Of a DNA stretch of 64,000 nucleotides, positions 38,848 to 48,738 are shown one piece after another. The notes below the pieces were generated by a model. It was not told where the DNA came from, searched no databases, and saw nothing but the letters and a program-made list of their open reading frames with translations. Where the stretch lies: contig OZ244052.1 of NCBI GenBank assembly GCA_965215125.1, positions 1,664,001 through 1,728,000 on the forward strand, read 5' to 3'. Made by a program: the position numbers and the translations under genes. The stretch is from an uncultured candidatus Porisulfidus sp. (GTDB lineage: Bacteria; Pseudomonadota; Gammaproteobacteria; Poriferisulfidales; Oxydemutatoraceae). How positions within the stretch are numbered: the first letter of the stretch is position 1; every line of letters begins with the position of its first letter.

Positions 38848-39984
38848 TCATTTTTGGCGTGTCAGATCATGAATCAATTCGGCAGTGGTTTTAGACGCCG
38901 ATGCGGTTCCGAATTTTTCACGCAATGCGAATAGGTTTTGCGACATCGTCTCTCTGCGCTTTGCATCGCCGAGTAGTTTGCAAGCGTGTGCCGATAGCTT
39001 TTCGGGTGTCGCATCGTTTTGTAGATATTCCGGCACGAGCGGACTGTCGGCGATGATGTTCGGCATGCTCGCATAGCGTATTTTGATAAACCATTTTAAT
39101 ATCCAGTAGCTCAACGGCATTAATTTATGTGTTGCGATGAGCGGCGTGCCGCACAACGCAAGCTGTAGGGTTGCGGTGCCGGTCGCACTGATCGCAAGGT
39201 CTGCATTTTTCATTTCGGTATAGGTATGTCGGTCGCTTAGGCGACAATCAAAATCGGAACGATCCAAATAGCTTTGATATAAATCGGCATCTATATCGGT
39301 GGCAGCGAGCAGACGAAAACGAATCTTTGTATCTAAGTGTTGCCGTATCAATATCGCCGCTTCAACCATCACAGGGAGCAAGCGTTTAATCTCGCTTTTT
39401 CTACTGCCGGGCAGTAACAGTACGGTTTTATTCTGGTGTCTACCATTTATGGCTTGAGGGTTGCTACGCTCCCATTCTTCTAAATCCTCGATCAACGGGT
39501 GTCCTACATAACTCACCGGTACTGCATGCCGCTTATAAAAATCCTCTTCAAACGGGAATATCACTGCAACATGGTCTATATCGCGTTTGATTTTTTTGAT
39601 GCGATATTGCCGCCATGCCCATAACTGGGGGCTGATGTAATACAACACCTTGATGTTGTGTTGCGATGCGATGCGCGCCAATTTTAGATTGAACTCGGGA
39701 TAATCCACCAGCACCAATAAATCGGGTGGGTCGTTTATCAGCGATTGTTTAAGCGTTGTGAAAGCGCGCCGCAGTGCCGGATAATGCCTTAAAATTTCGA
39801 CGATGCCGATGACCGCCAGAGCCTGTGCATCGACCAACAACCGCATACCCGCATGCTTCATTTTTTGCATACCCATGCCGTAACATTTTATCTGTTGCGA
39901 TCGTCGCAGTTGCGCGATAAGTTTTGCTGCGTGCTTATCACCCGACGCCTCGCCGGCAACAAACATAATCTTTTTTGTTTCCAT
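38848..39984 (-). CDS. lpxB: Lipid-A-disaccharide synthase
   Basis: AGEASGD, VDYPEFN, SPQLWAWR, VGHPL, LPGSR, GTATL. Confidence 0.97.
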   Translation of the reverse strand: METKKIMFVAGEASGDKHAAKLIAQLRRSQQIKCYGMGMQKMKHAGMRLLVDAQALAVIGIVEILRHYPALRRAFTTLKQSLINDPPDLLVLVDYPEFNLKLARIASQHNIKVLYYISPQLWAWRQYRIKKIKRDIDHVAVIFPFEEDFYKRHAVPVSYVGHPLIEDLEEWERSNPQAINGRHQNKTVLLLPGSRKSEIKRLLPVMVEAAILIRQHLDTKIRFRLLAATDIDADLYQSYLDRSDFDCRLSDRHTYTEMKNADLAISATGTATLQLALCGTPLIATHKLMPLSYWILKWFIKIRYASMPNIIADSPLVPEYLQNDATPEKLSAHACKLLGDAKRRETMSQNLFALREKFGTASASKTTAELIHDLTRQK

Positions 39985-40037
39985 AAAGCATTATTTAGAG
40001 TTTAGAGAACTTTAACCGAAATTATACCCGCGATATG

Positions 40038-40365
40038 TAGAACCGCCGATTGTGCCTGTAGGGGTGGTTGTGGTGTGGGGCTGTTGAAAAAGTATCCACG
40101 AACCGTAGGGCGGACATCAAAATTGCCGATTGACCTACTGGCTCAATCGGCGGCTCTATTCTGCCCGTAGCGCGTTGGTCGGCACGATTTATACATTCAT
40201 CCACCCGATTTATGGAAACCAAAACCATACGGCGCAAGCGGTTCCAGCCGTGCAGAACGGTACTTTAGGGCAGACACACAGGTCTGCCCCTACGACTTTG
40301 TGGTTATCATAATTATGCGGCGCAAAGCGGTTGCAATTGTGCGAAAAAGCACTTTTTCAACAGCC
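40038..40365. repeat. Mosaic MITE/REP-like repeat downstream of the type III R-M pair
   Basis: TAGAACCGCC start; GGCTGTTGAAAAAG…CTTTTTCAACAGCC pair; gggcagacacacaggtctgcccctac; about 180 bp similar to about 45000-45180. Confidence 0.9.
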
Positions 40366-40403
40366 TAGTATCTGTCCGAAGATTTAGTGCTGCAGATTGC
40401 CGA

Positions 40404-42995
40404 TTATAGAATATTTTGAATCTTTTGCCTCCAATCTGCTTCCATTAAAATTTTAAAAATCATGTTTGTCTCATTTTCGGAGGCGGTCTCTACGGTACCG
40501 ATATTGACATTGTCATCGTCGGCATATTTCTCCAGCAATTCAAAAAGCTTTGTCTTATATTCGGTGTCCGAGTTGCCTTTCAAATGGTCTCCTTTGGTTT
40601 CCAAAACGGCGACCTTATCGGCGTTGTTTGAGTCGACACAAGCCAGAAAATCAGGATACACTTTTCGTGCTTGCCATCCTTGAAGATAATAGTCTTGTTT
40701 TGCTACTATTCTGTGCCACCACTTAAGTGCTTCTCTTTCATCAAGATACCAAGCTATATCTTTTTCCAGTTTGTTATAGTGTTTCTCGTAAGTTTTTTCG
40801 AACAGAGTTAATTGCAAAGGGTCTCCATCTCTTTTCTTTAAAGTTTTGTCGTTTTTTGAAACGAAGAAATCAATTCTAATTGCCATTTTCCAGTTAAGAT
40901 CAATGGAGTCCTTAAATACCTTAAAGCAAATATCTCCGTTTTCTAATTTATCGGTAAAAATTTTCTCCGAGACTTTGTTAACCTGATCTTTTATATCTTT
41001 TTCAATAGCATCGAGCAAAAAGGTTCCGTTGACATAAATCTTTTCATCGGAGATACGCTTAGCTTTCAGGGCACTTATAGTTTCTTCTAGAATTCTGGAC
41101 GCTTGCCATGGATTCGGCACGGTATCGGAAAGTCGTCTCACCATATAAGCAAAATTTATTTCTGCAGATTCTTGTTTTGTTTTCATGGTGTCGTGAGCAA
41201 ATTTAAGTTGTCCTTTGTCGTCTTCTATATCCATCTTGACATGATTCACTCTAAGTTTGTCGATGTCTTCGGGTTTGAAAGCATCTTTGTTGCGGTACGA
41301 AATCTTGGAAAAGTCAATGTTCTGGAGGATGTCCGATTCGTATCTGATATTTCTCCATAATTTTTTATCTTTATGGAGGACTTTGGGCAAGAAAACTTTG
41401 GTTCGCTTAAATCCGGTTCTCCTGTTTATCGTCTCTTTATCAAACTTGCTATCTCCTCCTTTGATATGGTCTATCAAATCACCCATGCCTTCTTCTTGTA
41501 GACCTTTCTTTATTCCTTCTACTACTTCTCCTACGGTTGGGTTATAACAGAAAACATAACTCTCGTTTAAGGACTCATAAGAAGTTTGCCGGGCATCGGG
41601 TTGTCTTAAAATTCTGCCGATTAGTTGCGTCAATGCTTTTTTGGATTGGGCATTGGATAAGATTGCCAGCACATAAGCATACGGACAATCCCAACCCTCC
41701 TGAAGGGCATGTTTGGTAATAATAAATCTAACTTGTGAGGTTTCACTTAGTAGGCTTTCGTCTTTGAGTTCATTTCTTTCTGCAGTCTTTATTTTGATGG
41801 CACCCTCATCGACACCGAGTTTTTCAATTAAGTACGTCCTAACATCTTCGGTATGAATAAACCGCCTTTCTCTTTGTTCTTTTCCGGTTCTCTCCACTTG
41901 TATCAGCATGATAGGGCGAATGTATCGTTCGGATTCTTGATAATGATGTTCACAGTCGTCGTTGAGTTGTTGTATTTTTTCGTAGGCTTTGCACAAAGTC
42001 TGTTTCCAGTTCCATTTGTCGGAGTTGATGATATTTATGGGAAGTTTGATCATTTCTTCTTCCTTTAATTTTATCCCCGAGACGCTTACCAGTATATTAC
42101 TCAGATGTTTCCTTATATTGGGGGTTGCAGAAAGTTCTAAAATAAATCTCGGATTTAAGCCGCAAATTGTATTTCTGGCCAAATCGGAATAAGCGCGATG
42201 GCCTTCGTCTAAAATAACAATAGGGCGGGTTATACGTATGGCGTTTCCTAAGCTATGCTTTACGGAAATACGCTTGGCATTGGACACCTTCATTTCATAC
42301 TCATGGCAATCCAGATTTTTGGTGCTATTGAGTAAATTGTTATTTGCATCGTAATCGTCGGATCGGGGGAACAAAGAAATAAAATTTCCCGAGTCCTTAA
42401 AAACCCGCAATGATTCTTTGGTCTCTCTATTTGTAGATTGGAGCATCATGACCATAATGCAGAGATAATTTTGTATATCTTGAGACGAAAAGGCACTCGT
42501 CTTTTCGAGGATTTTAACTCGACCCGCAGCGGCTCTTTCAAAAATATTCCTATACGGATGGTTTCTATTTTTGAAATTTTTTATGGTTTGTCTATAAATA
42601 GCTTCGGTGGGAACAATCCATAAAACCAACCCGGTATTTTTTGAGAAATAATCGGTGTTGATTCTTTCAACAGCGTATACTCCCAGCAGAGTTTTGCCTC
42701 CACCGGTGGGAACCTTCAAACAGATATTAGGAATTAGGTTACCTAAACCGTCTTTTTTTTCTATGTAGCGTAGCGTTTGAGTATTGCCTTTGCTGTCCTT
42801 GAATTGCGGTAATTTCCCTTCTTCGTTCAATTGCTCCCATGTCTCACGACAATACTTTTCTATTTCTCTATTTCTTTTGCGACTTTTATGAAATTCTACC
42901 TCCTCTTTCTCTTCTATGTATTTCGTTTTGAGTGTTTGCAAATAATAGTCCAGCTGTTCTAAAACGAGTTCTTGAAATTCTTTCAACTGTATCAT
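40404..42995 (-). CDS. res: Type III restriction endonuclease Res subunit (SF2 helicase + PD-(D/E)xK nuclease)
   Basis: PTGGGKT Walker A, DEGH, SATP, EGWD, QLIGRILR, C-terminal YPDF…LETKG; 4-bp overlap with mod. Confidence 0.9.
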   Translation of the reverse strand: MIQLKEFQELVLEQLDYYLQTLKTKYIEEKEEVEFHKSRKRNREIEKYCRETWEQLNEEGKLPQFKDSKGNTQTLRYIEKKDGLGNLIPNICLKVPTGGGKTLLGVYAVERINTDYFSKNTGLVLWIVPTEAIYRQTIKNFKNRNHPYRNIFERAAAGRVKILEKTSAFSSQDIQNYLCIMVMMLQSTNRETKESLRVFKDSGNFISLFPRSDDYDANNNLLNSTKNLDCHEYEMKVSNAKRISVKHSLGNAIRITRPIVILDEGHRAYSDLARNTICGLNPRFILELSATPNIRKHLSNILVSVSGIKLKEEEMIKLPINIINSDKWNWKQTLCKAYEKIQQLNDDCEHHYQESERYIRPIMLIQVERTGKEQRERRFIHTEDVRTYLIEKLGVDEGAIKIKTAERNELKDESLLSETSQVRFIITKHALQEGWDCPYAYVLAILSNAQSKKALTQLIGRILRQPDARQTSYESLNESYVFCYNPTVGEVVEGIKKGLQEEGMGDLIDHIKGGDSKFDKETINRRTGFKRTKVFLPKVLHKDKKLWRNIRYESDILQNIDFSKISYRNKDAFKPEDIDKLRVNHVKMDIEDDKGQLKFAHDTMKTKQESAEINFAYMVRRLSDTVPNPWQASRILEETISALKAKRISDEKIYVNGTFLLDAIEKDIKDQVNKVSEKIFTDKLENGDICFKVFKDSIDLNWKMAIRIDFFVSKNDKTLKKRDGDPLQLTLFEKTYEKHYNKLEKDIAWYLDEREALKWWHRIVAKQDYYLQGWQARKVYPDFLACVDSNNADKVAVLETKGDHLKGNSDTEYKTKLFELLEKYADDDNVNIGTVETASENETNMIFKILMEADWRQKIQNIL

Positions 42996-44638
42996 CGGCT
43001 CACGATTTTATGAATGGCAAAGGGTAATTGACAAAAAGTAATTTTTTCTTGTGAAAGTTCTTTTAGAGAGTAAAAACAGGCAGAAGCGAAAACAATGGCT
43101 TTGCTGCATTTTTTCTGTTTCATAATTTTTTGAATAAGCTCTTTTCTTTCGAGACTTAAAGCGGAGTCGTTGCCACTTAAAAATTCTTTGTTGGGTTCAT
43201 AGATAACAAAAAAGGCGGTGTCTCCGTTCACTTTCGCAACATAAAAATTGTCGTTCGGCTTAAACTTTCCTAGGGTATTCCCGGTTGCGGTATAAAAAAC
43301 ATATTTAGAAAGTGCCTCGTAGCTGGGCAGAGATTTACCTTTTAACAAATTTTCTTCACTAACCTCGCTACCCAGAGTACAGTAAGTAAACGAACCGCCT
43401 AAACCATTTTTTAGGTTTTCGTCTTTTGCTTTGGGTACACCCTTTATAACTCTGCGAACACGCTCTGCGGTAATTTTATCGGCATAGTCTTCACACTCCA
43501 CAAGGATGAATTTGCGATTGCCGCCATCTTCTTTGTTGAGACTAAGAACCGCCTGAGCTGTGGTGCCCGAACCGGCAAACGAATCTAAAATTATTGCATC
43601 TTTTTCAGCCACAAGTTTTGTTATATATTCTATTAAAGTAGTTGGTTTAGGATTATCAAAATTGGCACTTCCCATTATTGCCTGATACGATTGTGTTGCT
43701 TTCTGTGTGTTGCCGACTTCGTCCGCCATAAGCAAGGAATTCGATATAATGCCTGATTGAATTTCGGACTTAAACTTTTTGCGCCTAGGAACATTTGTTC
43801 CTTTGGGACCAAACCATATTCTATTATCTTTGTACAGTTCCAACAATTTTTCTTTAGAATGTCGGGGATAGGTTCCTTTAGGGGCTTGCCACTTTCTTCC
43901 GTTAGGGAAGGTTATTATGTATCTGGGGGAGTTGCCACTTTTTGCATGTAACGTATGGTGAATCCAGTTCCCTCTAGGATCGTTGTCTAAATTCTTAAAC
44001 TCATCATTTTGTTCTTCGGTTCTTTCTGTTAAATGGATTTTGCATAAATCTATGTTTTTAGCGTAAGATAAAATATATTCATGGTTGACAGAAACAAATT
44101 TTGCATCGTTTTGTCTGCCGGATTTTTTATTCCATATAAAGTTTGTAATAAAGTTTTTATCATCAAAAATTTCGTCCATTATCAGTCGTAAATTATTAAT
44201 TTCGTTATCGTCAATACTAATAAAAATAACCCCGTCCTCGCTCATTAGTTCTTTCAGCAACGACAATCTAGGCCACATCATGCAAAGCCATTTGTCGTGT
44301 CTTTGCCCATCGTCCAATTCCACCGTTTTGCTCAACCATTCCTTTATCGTCGGGCTATTGACATTATCGTTATATTTCCAGCCTTCTTTGCCGGTGTTGT
44401 AGGGTGGGTCAATATAAATACACTTTATTTTCCCTGCATAGCGCGGTAGCAGAGCTTTCAATGCGTGGAGATTGTCTCCGTGAATGATTAAGTTGTCGTC
44501 AAGAGAGGGTTTTTGTTTTTTCCCTCTCTTATCTTTAGGGGGCAGAGATTTTTTTTCGTCAATCCTTAAATCGCGAAAAGGCACACCCAAGTGATAGCAA
44601 TGGATTATGGATTTTCCCTGAAAATCAAGTGTCGGCAA
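42992..44638 (-). CDS. mod: Type III R-M adenine methyltransferase Mod
   Basis: GDNLHALK, YIDPPYNTG, SIDDNE, PKP, DSFAGSGTT; beta-class motif order. Confidence 0.92.
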   Translation of the reverse strand: MPTLDFQGKSIIHCYHLGVPFRDLRIDEKKSLPPKDKRGKKQKPSLDDNLIIHGDNLHALKALLPRYAGKIKCIYIDPPYNTGKEGWKYNDNVNSPTIKEWLSKTVELDDGQRHDKWLCMMWPRLSLLKELMSEDGVIFISIDDNEINNLRLIMDEIFDDKNFITNFIWNKKSGRQNDAKFVSVNHEYILSYAKNIDLCKIHLTERTEEQNDEFKNLDNDPRGNWIHHTLHAKSGNSPRYIITFPNGRKWQAPKGTYPRHSKEKLLELYKDNRIWFGPKGTNVPRRKKFKSEIQSGIISNSLLMADEVGNTQKATQSYQAIMGSANFDNPKPTTLIEYITKLVAEKDAIILDSFAGSGTTAQAVLSLNKEDGGNRKFILVECEDYADKITAERVRRVIKGVPKAKDENLKNGLGGSFTYCTLGSEVSEENLLKGKSLPSYEALSKYVFYTATGNTLGKFKPNDNFYVAKVNGDTAFFVIYEPNKEFLSGNDSALSLERKELIQKIMKQKKCSKAIVFASACFYSLKELSQEKITFCQLPFAIHKIVSR

Positions 44639-44831
44639 AATTCCTCCGTTTACCTTTTGAGGTAATGTAAAGATGATAGAATTTTTCTTTGTAGTGTTTC
44701 AAGGGCACCTCGCAGTTGTTTGGATGATATTGTATAGCATTTTTAGGTCTTCGAGGAAAGCGTAGATTCTAACTGCTTTTGACCGCAAGAGATTGATCCG
44801 AGAATATAAAAATTGACCTTCTTTTCTATAG

Positions 44832-45272
44832 ATGGTTTCCATGAATTAAATGGATGAATGAATGTATAAATATTACAGATACGACAGGCCTGTTGAAAAA
44901 GTGCGGGCATTGCACAAACCCAACCGCTGTGCGCCGTGAATATTCGCAAACCGCCGTAGGGGCGGACTGGCATGTCCGCCCGTAACGTTGGCCGGCATGA
45001 TTTATACATTCATTCATCCAATTTATGGAAACCAAAACCAAATGGCGCAAGCGGTTGAGTTTGTACAGAACGGTACTTAAGGGCAGACACACAGGTCTGC
45101 CCCTACAACTCAGTGGTTATCGTAAATTCAATGGCGCAAAGCGGTTACGTTTTTGCAGAAAAGTATTTTTTCAACAGCCCCACGCCACAACCACCCCGTG
45201 GAAAGGCTTTACATTTTGTACTATGTATCAAGGTTCTGCACAATGTCACGCCGATTGAGCCAATAGGTTAAT
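44832..45272. repeat. Mosaic MITE/REP-like repeat upstream of the type III R-M pair
   Basis: cctgttgaaaaagt…tttttcaacagcccc pair; two GTAG-REP palindromes; inverted copy of atttatacattcattcatcca…tggaaacca at 44832-44870 versus about 45000-45033. Confidence 0.9.
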
Positions 45273-45307
45273 GAGAGATGATACAATTACCTTTTTATGA
45301 GAGTGCG

Positions 45308-45589
45308 ATGGACAACAAAGATTTAGAAAAATTAGCCAAGCTGGCTCGTTTGAAAATAGCAGACGGCGAACACGAAGCGTTGGTCAGTTCCCTCAACGAG
45401 ATATTGGGTTTTGTGGAACGTTTGAACACTGCGAAGATAGAAGACATCGCACCGCTTTCTCATCCCTTGGATATGCATCAAAGGTTGCGGTCGGACGAGG
45501 TTGCAGAACCCGACGAGTCCGAGCGATTGCAAGAAATTGCACCCGATTGGCACGATAGTTTCTATACCGTTCCCAAAGTATTGGATTAG
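45308..45589 (+). CDS. gatC: Asp/Glu-tRNA amidotransferase subunit C
   Basis: LAKLARL…PLSHPL…LRSDEV…VPKV; first gene of gatCAB. Confidence 0.95.
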   Translation: MDNKDLEKLAKLARLKIADGEHEALVSSLNEILGFVERLNTAKIEDIAPLSHPLDMHQRLRSDEVAEPDESERLQEIAPDWHDSFYTVPKVLD

Positions 45590-45596
45590 GATTTTG

Positions 45597-47057
45597 ATGC
45601 TTGGCTATACACTAACCGAACTTGCCCGAGGGCTACGCAAGGGTGATTTTTCAAGCACCGAACTGACTCGCTTTTTTCTTGACCGCATTGAAAATCACAA
45701 CGACACCTTAAATGCGTTTATCACGGTGACCGCCGACCAAGCGTTGCAATGTGCCGAACTAGCCGATCGGCAATCGTATGACGAGCAAACCCATCCTTTA
45801 CACGGCATCCCGTTTGCGCATAAAGATTTATTTTGCACTCGGGGTGTGCGTACCAGCTGTGCTTCCAAAATGCTGGATAATTTTATTGCCCCCTACGATG
45901 CAACCGTAACGACCAAATTAAAACAGCTTTGCATGCCGATGCTGGGCAAGACCAATATGGATGAATTCGCAATGGGTTCTTCGACCGAAACCGGTTTTTA
46001 CGGTGTGGTGCATAATCCCTGGGACGAGCACTGCGTGCCGGGGGGTTCTTCGGGTGGATCGGCAGCGGCGGTTGCCGCCTCGTTGGCACCGTGCGCGACG
46101 GCAACCGACACCGGAGGCTCGATCAGACAGCCGGCAGCATTTTGCGGCATCACCGGAATCAAACCCACCTACGGGCGAGTCTCGCGCTACGGCATGGTTG
46201 CTTATGCTTCCAGTTTGGATCAAGCCGGCGTGTTGGCGCGCAGTGCCGAGGATTGTGCGTTATTGTTGCAAGCCATCGCCGGTTTTGACGAGAAAGATTC
46301 TACCAGCACCTCGCACCCGGTACCCGATTATGCACAGGCTTTGGGTGATGGACTCAAAGGTTTGCGTATCGGTGTGCCGCAGGAATATCTGTCCGAGGAT
46401 TTGGCACCGCAGATTGCCGATAATGTCGTTGAAGCGATAGAAGTATTCAAAGATCTGGGATGTGAGATTGTGGATTTGAATCTACCGGCACTGGATTATG
46501 CGGTAGCCGCCTACTACATCATTGCGCCTGCCGAATGTTCGTCTAATCTGGCGCGCTACGACGGGGTACGCTACGGCTACAGATGTAAGGATGCACACGA
46601 TCTGTCGGATTTGTATACCCGTTCACGCGCCGAAGGTTTCGGAGACGAGACCAAGCGTCGTATTCTAATCGGCACCTATGTATTGTCGGCAGGTTATTAC
46701 GATGCGTATTATTTGAAAGCGCAAAAGGTGCGGCGCCTAATCAGAGACGATTTTATGAACGCTTTGGAAAAAGCCGATGCGTTAATCGCCCCGGTATCGC
46801 CGACCACCGCATTTAAGATAGGAGAGAAAATCTCCGATCCGGTGACGATGTATTTATCCGACATCTATACGATTGCAGTGAACTTGGCAGGGGTGCCGGC
46901 GATCGCTTTGCCTTCCGGCTTTATCGACAATAAACCGTTGAGCGTACAATTAATAGGTAGACATTTCGACGAACTTACTTTGTTTAAGCTGGCGCATCGC
47001 TATCAACAACAAACCGACTGGCATCGGACGATGCCCGAACACTATAAAAACGCATGA
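45597..47057 (+). CDS. gatA: Asp/Glu-tRNA amidotransferase subunit A
   Basis: [49 protein letters not shown]. Confidence 0.98.
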   Translation: MLGYTLTELARGLRKGDFSSTELTRFFLDRIENHNDTLNAFITVTADQALQCAELADRQSYDEQTHPLHGIPFAHKDLFCTRGVRTSCASKMLDNFIAPYDATVTTKLKQLCMPMLGKTNMDEFAMGSSTETGFYGVVHNPWDEHCVPGGSSGGSAAAVAASLAPCATATDTGGSIRQPAAFCGITGIKPTYGRVSRYGMVAYASSLDQAGVLARSAEDCALLLQAIAGFDEKDSTSTSHPVPDYAQALGDGLKGLRIGVPQEYLSEDLAPQIADNVVEAIEVFKDLGCEIVDLNLPALDYAVAAYYIIAPAECSSNLARYDGVRYGYRCKDAHDLSDLYTRSRAEGFGDETKRRILIGTYVLSAGYYDAYYLKAQKVRRLIRDDFMNALEKADALIAPVSPTTAFKIGEKISDPVTMYLSDIYTIAVNLAGVPAIALPSGFIDNKPLSVQLIGRHFDELTLFKLAHRYQQQTDWHRTMPEHYKNA

Positions 47058-48496
47058 ATACCGATCATTGGCAAGCGACCATCGGTCTAGAGATACACAT
47101 GCAGCTCAATACTCGTAGCAAGTTGTTCTCGGCTGCCGAAGTGCGCTACGGCGGCAAAGCGAATACGCGCACATGCATGATCGACGCGGCGTTGCCCGGC
47201 GTATTGCCGGTTGCCAACGAGGCTGCAATAGATATGGCAATTGCTTTCGGCTTGGCGGTTGAAGGAAATATCGCTACCACCACCGTGTTTGCCCGAAAAA
47301 ATTATTTTTATCCGGATTTACCCAAAGGTTATCAAATTAGTCAATACGAAAACCCGATAGTTTCCGGAGGGCGCGTTCCGATTGAACTGGAGGACGGCAG
47401 CGTTCGCTATATCTCGTTGGAACGCGCACATTTGGAAGAAGATGCCGGTAAGTTGATTCACGGCACTTACGGAGAACTCAGTTGCGTAGATCTAAATCGC
47501 GCCGGGACGGTCTTGATAGAAATAGTTTCAAAGCCGGTGATGACCAGTGCCGGTGAGGCGGTTGCGTATATGAAGCAAATACATGCGATAGGGTGTTATT
47601 TGGATATTTGCGACGGCAATATGCAGGAAGGTTCGCTGCGCTGCGATGCCAATGTATCTATCCGAGCAAAAGGAGACGACAAACTGGGTGTTCGCACCGA
47701 GACCAAAAATCTAAACTCGTTCCGCTTTATAGAAAAAGCCATACTGTATGAGATCGATCGTCAGATCGAGGTATTGGAACACGGTGGACAGGTTGTACAA
47801 GAAACCCGACTATACGACCCGGCGTTGGATGAGACGCGAGTGCTACGCAGTAAAGAGGAGGCCGAAGACTATCGCTATTTTCCCGACCCCGACCTGTTGC
47901 CGCTACGGTTGAGCGATGAACGGATTGAAGCATTGCGCGAGCGTCTTCCGGAATTAAAACATAGCCGATGCCGAAGGTTTAGCGAAGACTACGGCTTGAG
48001 TAAAGACGATGCCGAACAGCTGACCAAAACAAAAGCAACGGCGGATTATTTTGAACGATGTGTCGATCTATCCGCCGCCGGACCTAAATTGATCGCGAAT
48101 TGGATGACCACCCGGTTTGCCGCACTGTTGAACCGAGATAAACTCGGTGTAGAAGACGCACCTATAAGCCCCGAGGACTTCGGCGAACTTTTAGATAACA
48201 TAGCCGAGCAGAAGATATCCGCCAATAATGCAAAAGCCGTACTGGAAAAAATGTGGACGGACAAACGTTCTGCCGAAGATGTGATAAACGAACTGGGATT
48301 GGAACAAATCGGTGATGACTCGCAACTCGACGACATCGTCGATCAAATACTACGCGATAATCCCGAACAGGTGCAACAATACCTCTCGGGTAAGGAGAAA
48401 GTATTTGCTTATTTTATCGGTCAGGCGATGAAAGCCAGCAAAGGGAAAGCCAACCCCGGCAAATTGTCCGAGTTATTCAACGCGCGTCTCAAATAG
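47054..48496 (+). CDS. gatB: Asp/Glu-tRNA amidotransferase subunit B
   Basis: [41 protein letters not shown]. Confidence 0.98.
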   Translation: MNTDHWQATIGLEIHMQLNTRSKLFSAAEVRYGGKANTRTCMIDAALPGVLPVANEAAIDMAIAFGLAVEGNIATTTVFARKNYFYPDLPKGYQISQYENPIVSGGRVPIELEDGSVRYISLERAHLEEDAGKLIHGTYGELSCVDLNRAGTVLIEIVSKPVMTSAGEAVAYMKQIHAIGCYLDICDGNMQEGSLRCDANVSIRAKGDDKLGVRTETKNLNSFRFIEKAILYEIDRQIEVLEHGGQVVQETRLYDPALDETRVLRSKEEAEDYRYFPDPDLLPLRLSDERIEALRERLPELKHSRCRRFSEDYGLSKDDAEQLTKTKATADYFERCVDLSAAGPKLIANWMTTRFAALLNRDKLGVEDAPISPEDFGELLDNIAEQKISANNAKAVLEKMWTDKRSAEDVINELGLEQIGDDSQLDDIVDQILRDNPEQVQQYLSGKEKVFAYFIGQAMKASKGKANPGKLSELFNARLK

Positions 48497-48690
48497 AACC
48501 GCCGATTGAGCCGGTAGGTCAATCGGCGTAACACTGTTCAGAAACTTAGCATCGGTATGTAGGTCGAACAAGCTAGGGCTTGTTCTCATAAATGTAGGGT
48601 GATTGGATGGTGCTGACGGGACTTTTTCAACAGTCCCAGCGTGTCTGCACTAGTACGGGGTCGGTACATTCCCTTCCAAAGGAGGGGAAC
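48494..48690. repeat. Mosaic intergenic repeat
   Basis: TAGAACCGCCGATTGAGCCGGTAGGTCAATCGGC, gaacaagctagggcttgttc, actttttcaacagtccc and cattcccttccaaaggagggg; similar to 24511-24610. Confidence 0.88.
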
Positions 48691-48738
48691 GGTGTGTTTC
48701 TACAGAGGGATTTTTTAGTTACCTTGTATAATTGCGTC

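Noticed and set aside
44549-44556. A8 tract near the start of mod as a phase-variation switch
   Set aside because: Short, in frame, encodes Glu-Lys-Lys in an AT-rich gene; not the long simple-sequence repeat typical of phasevarions.
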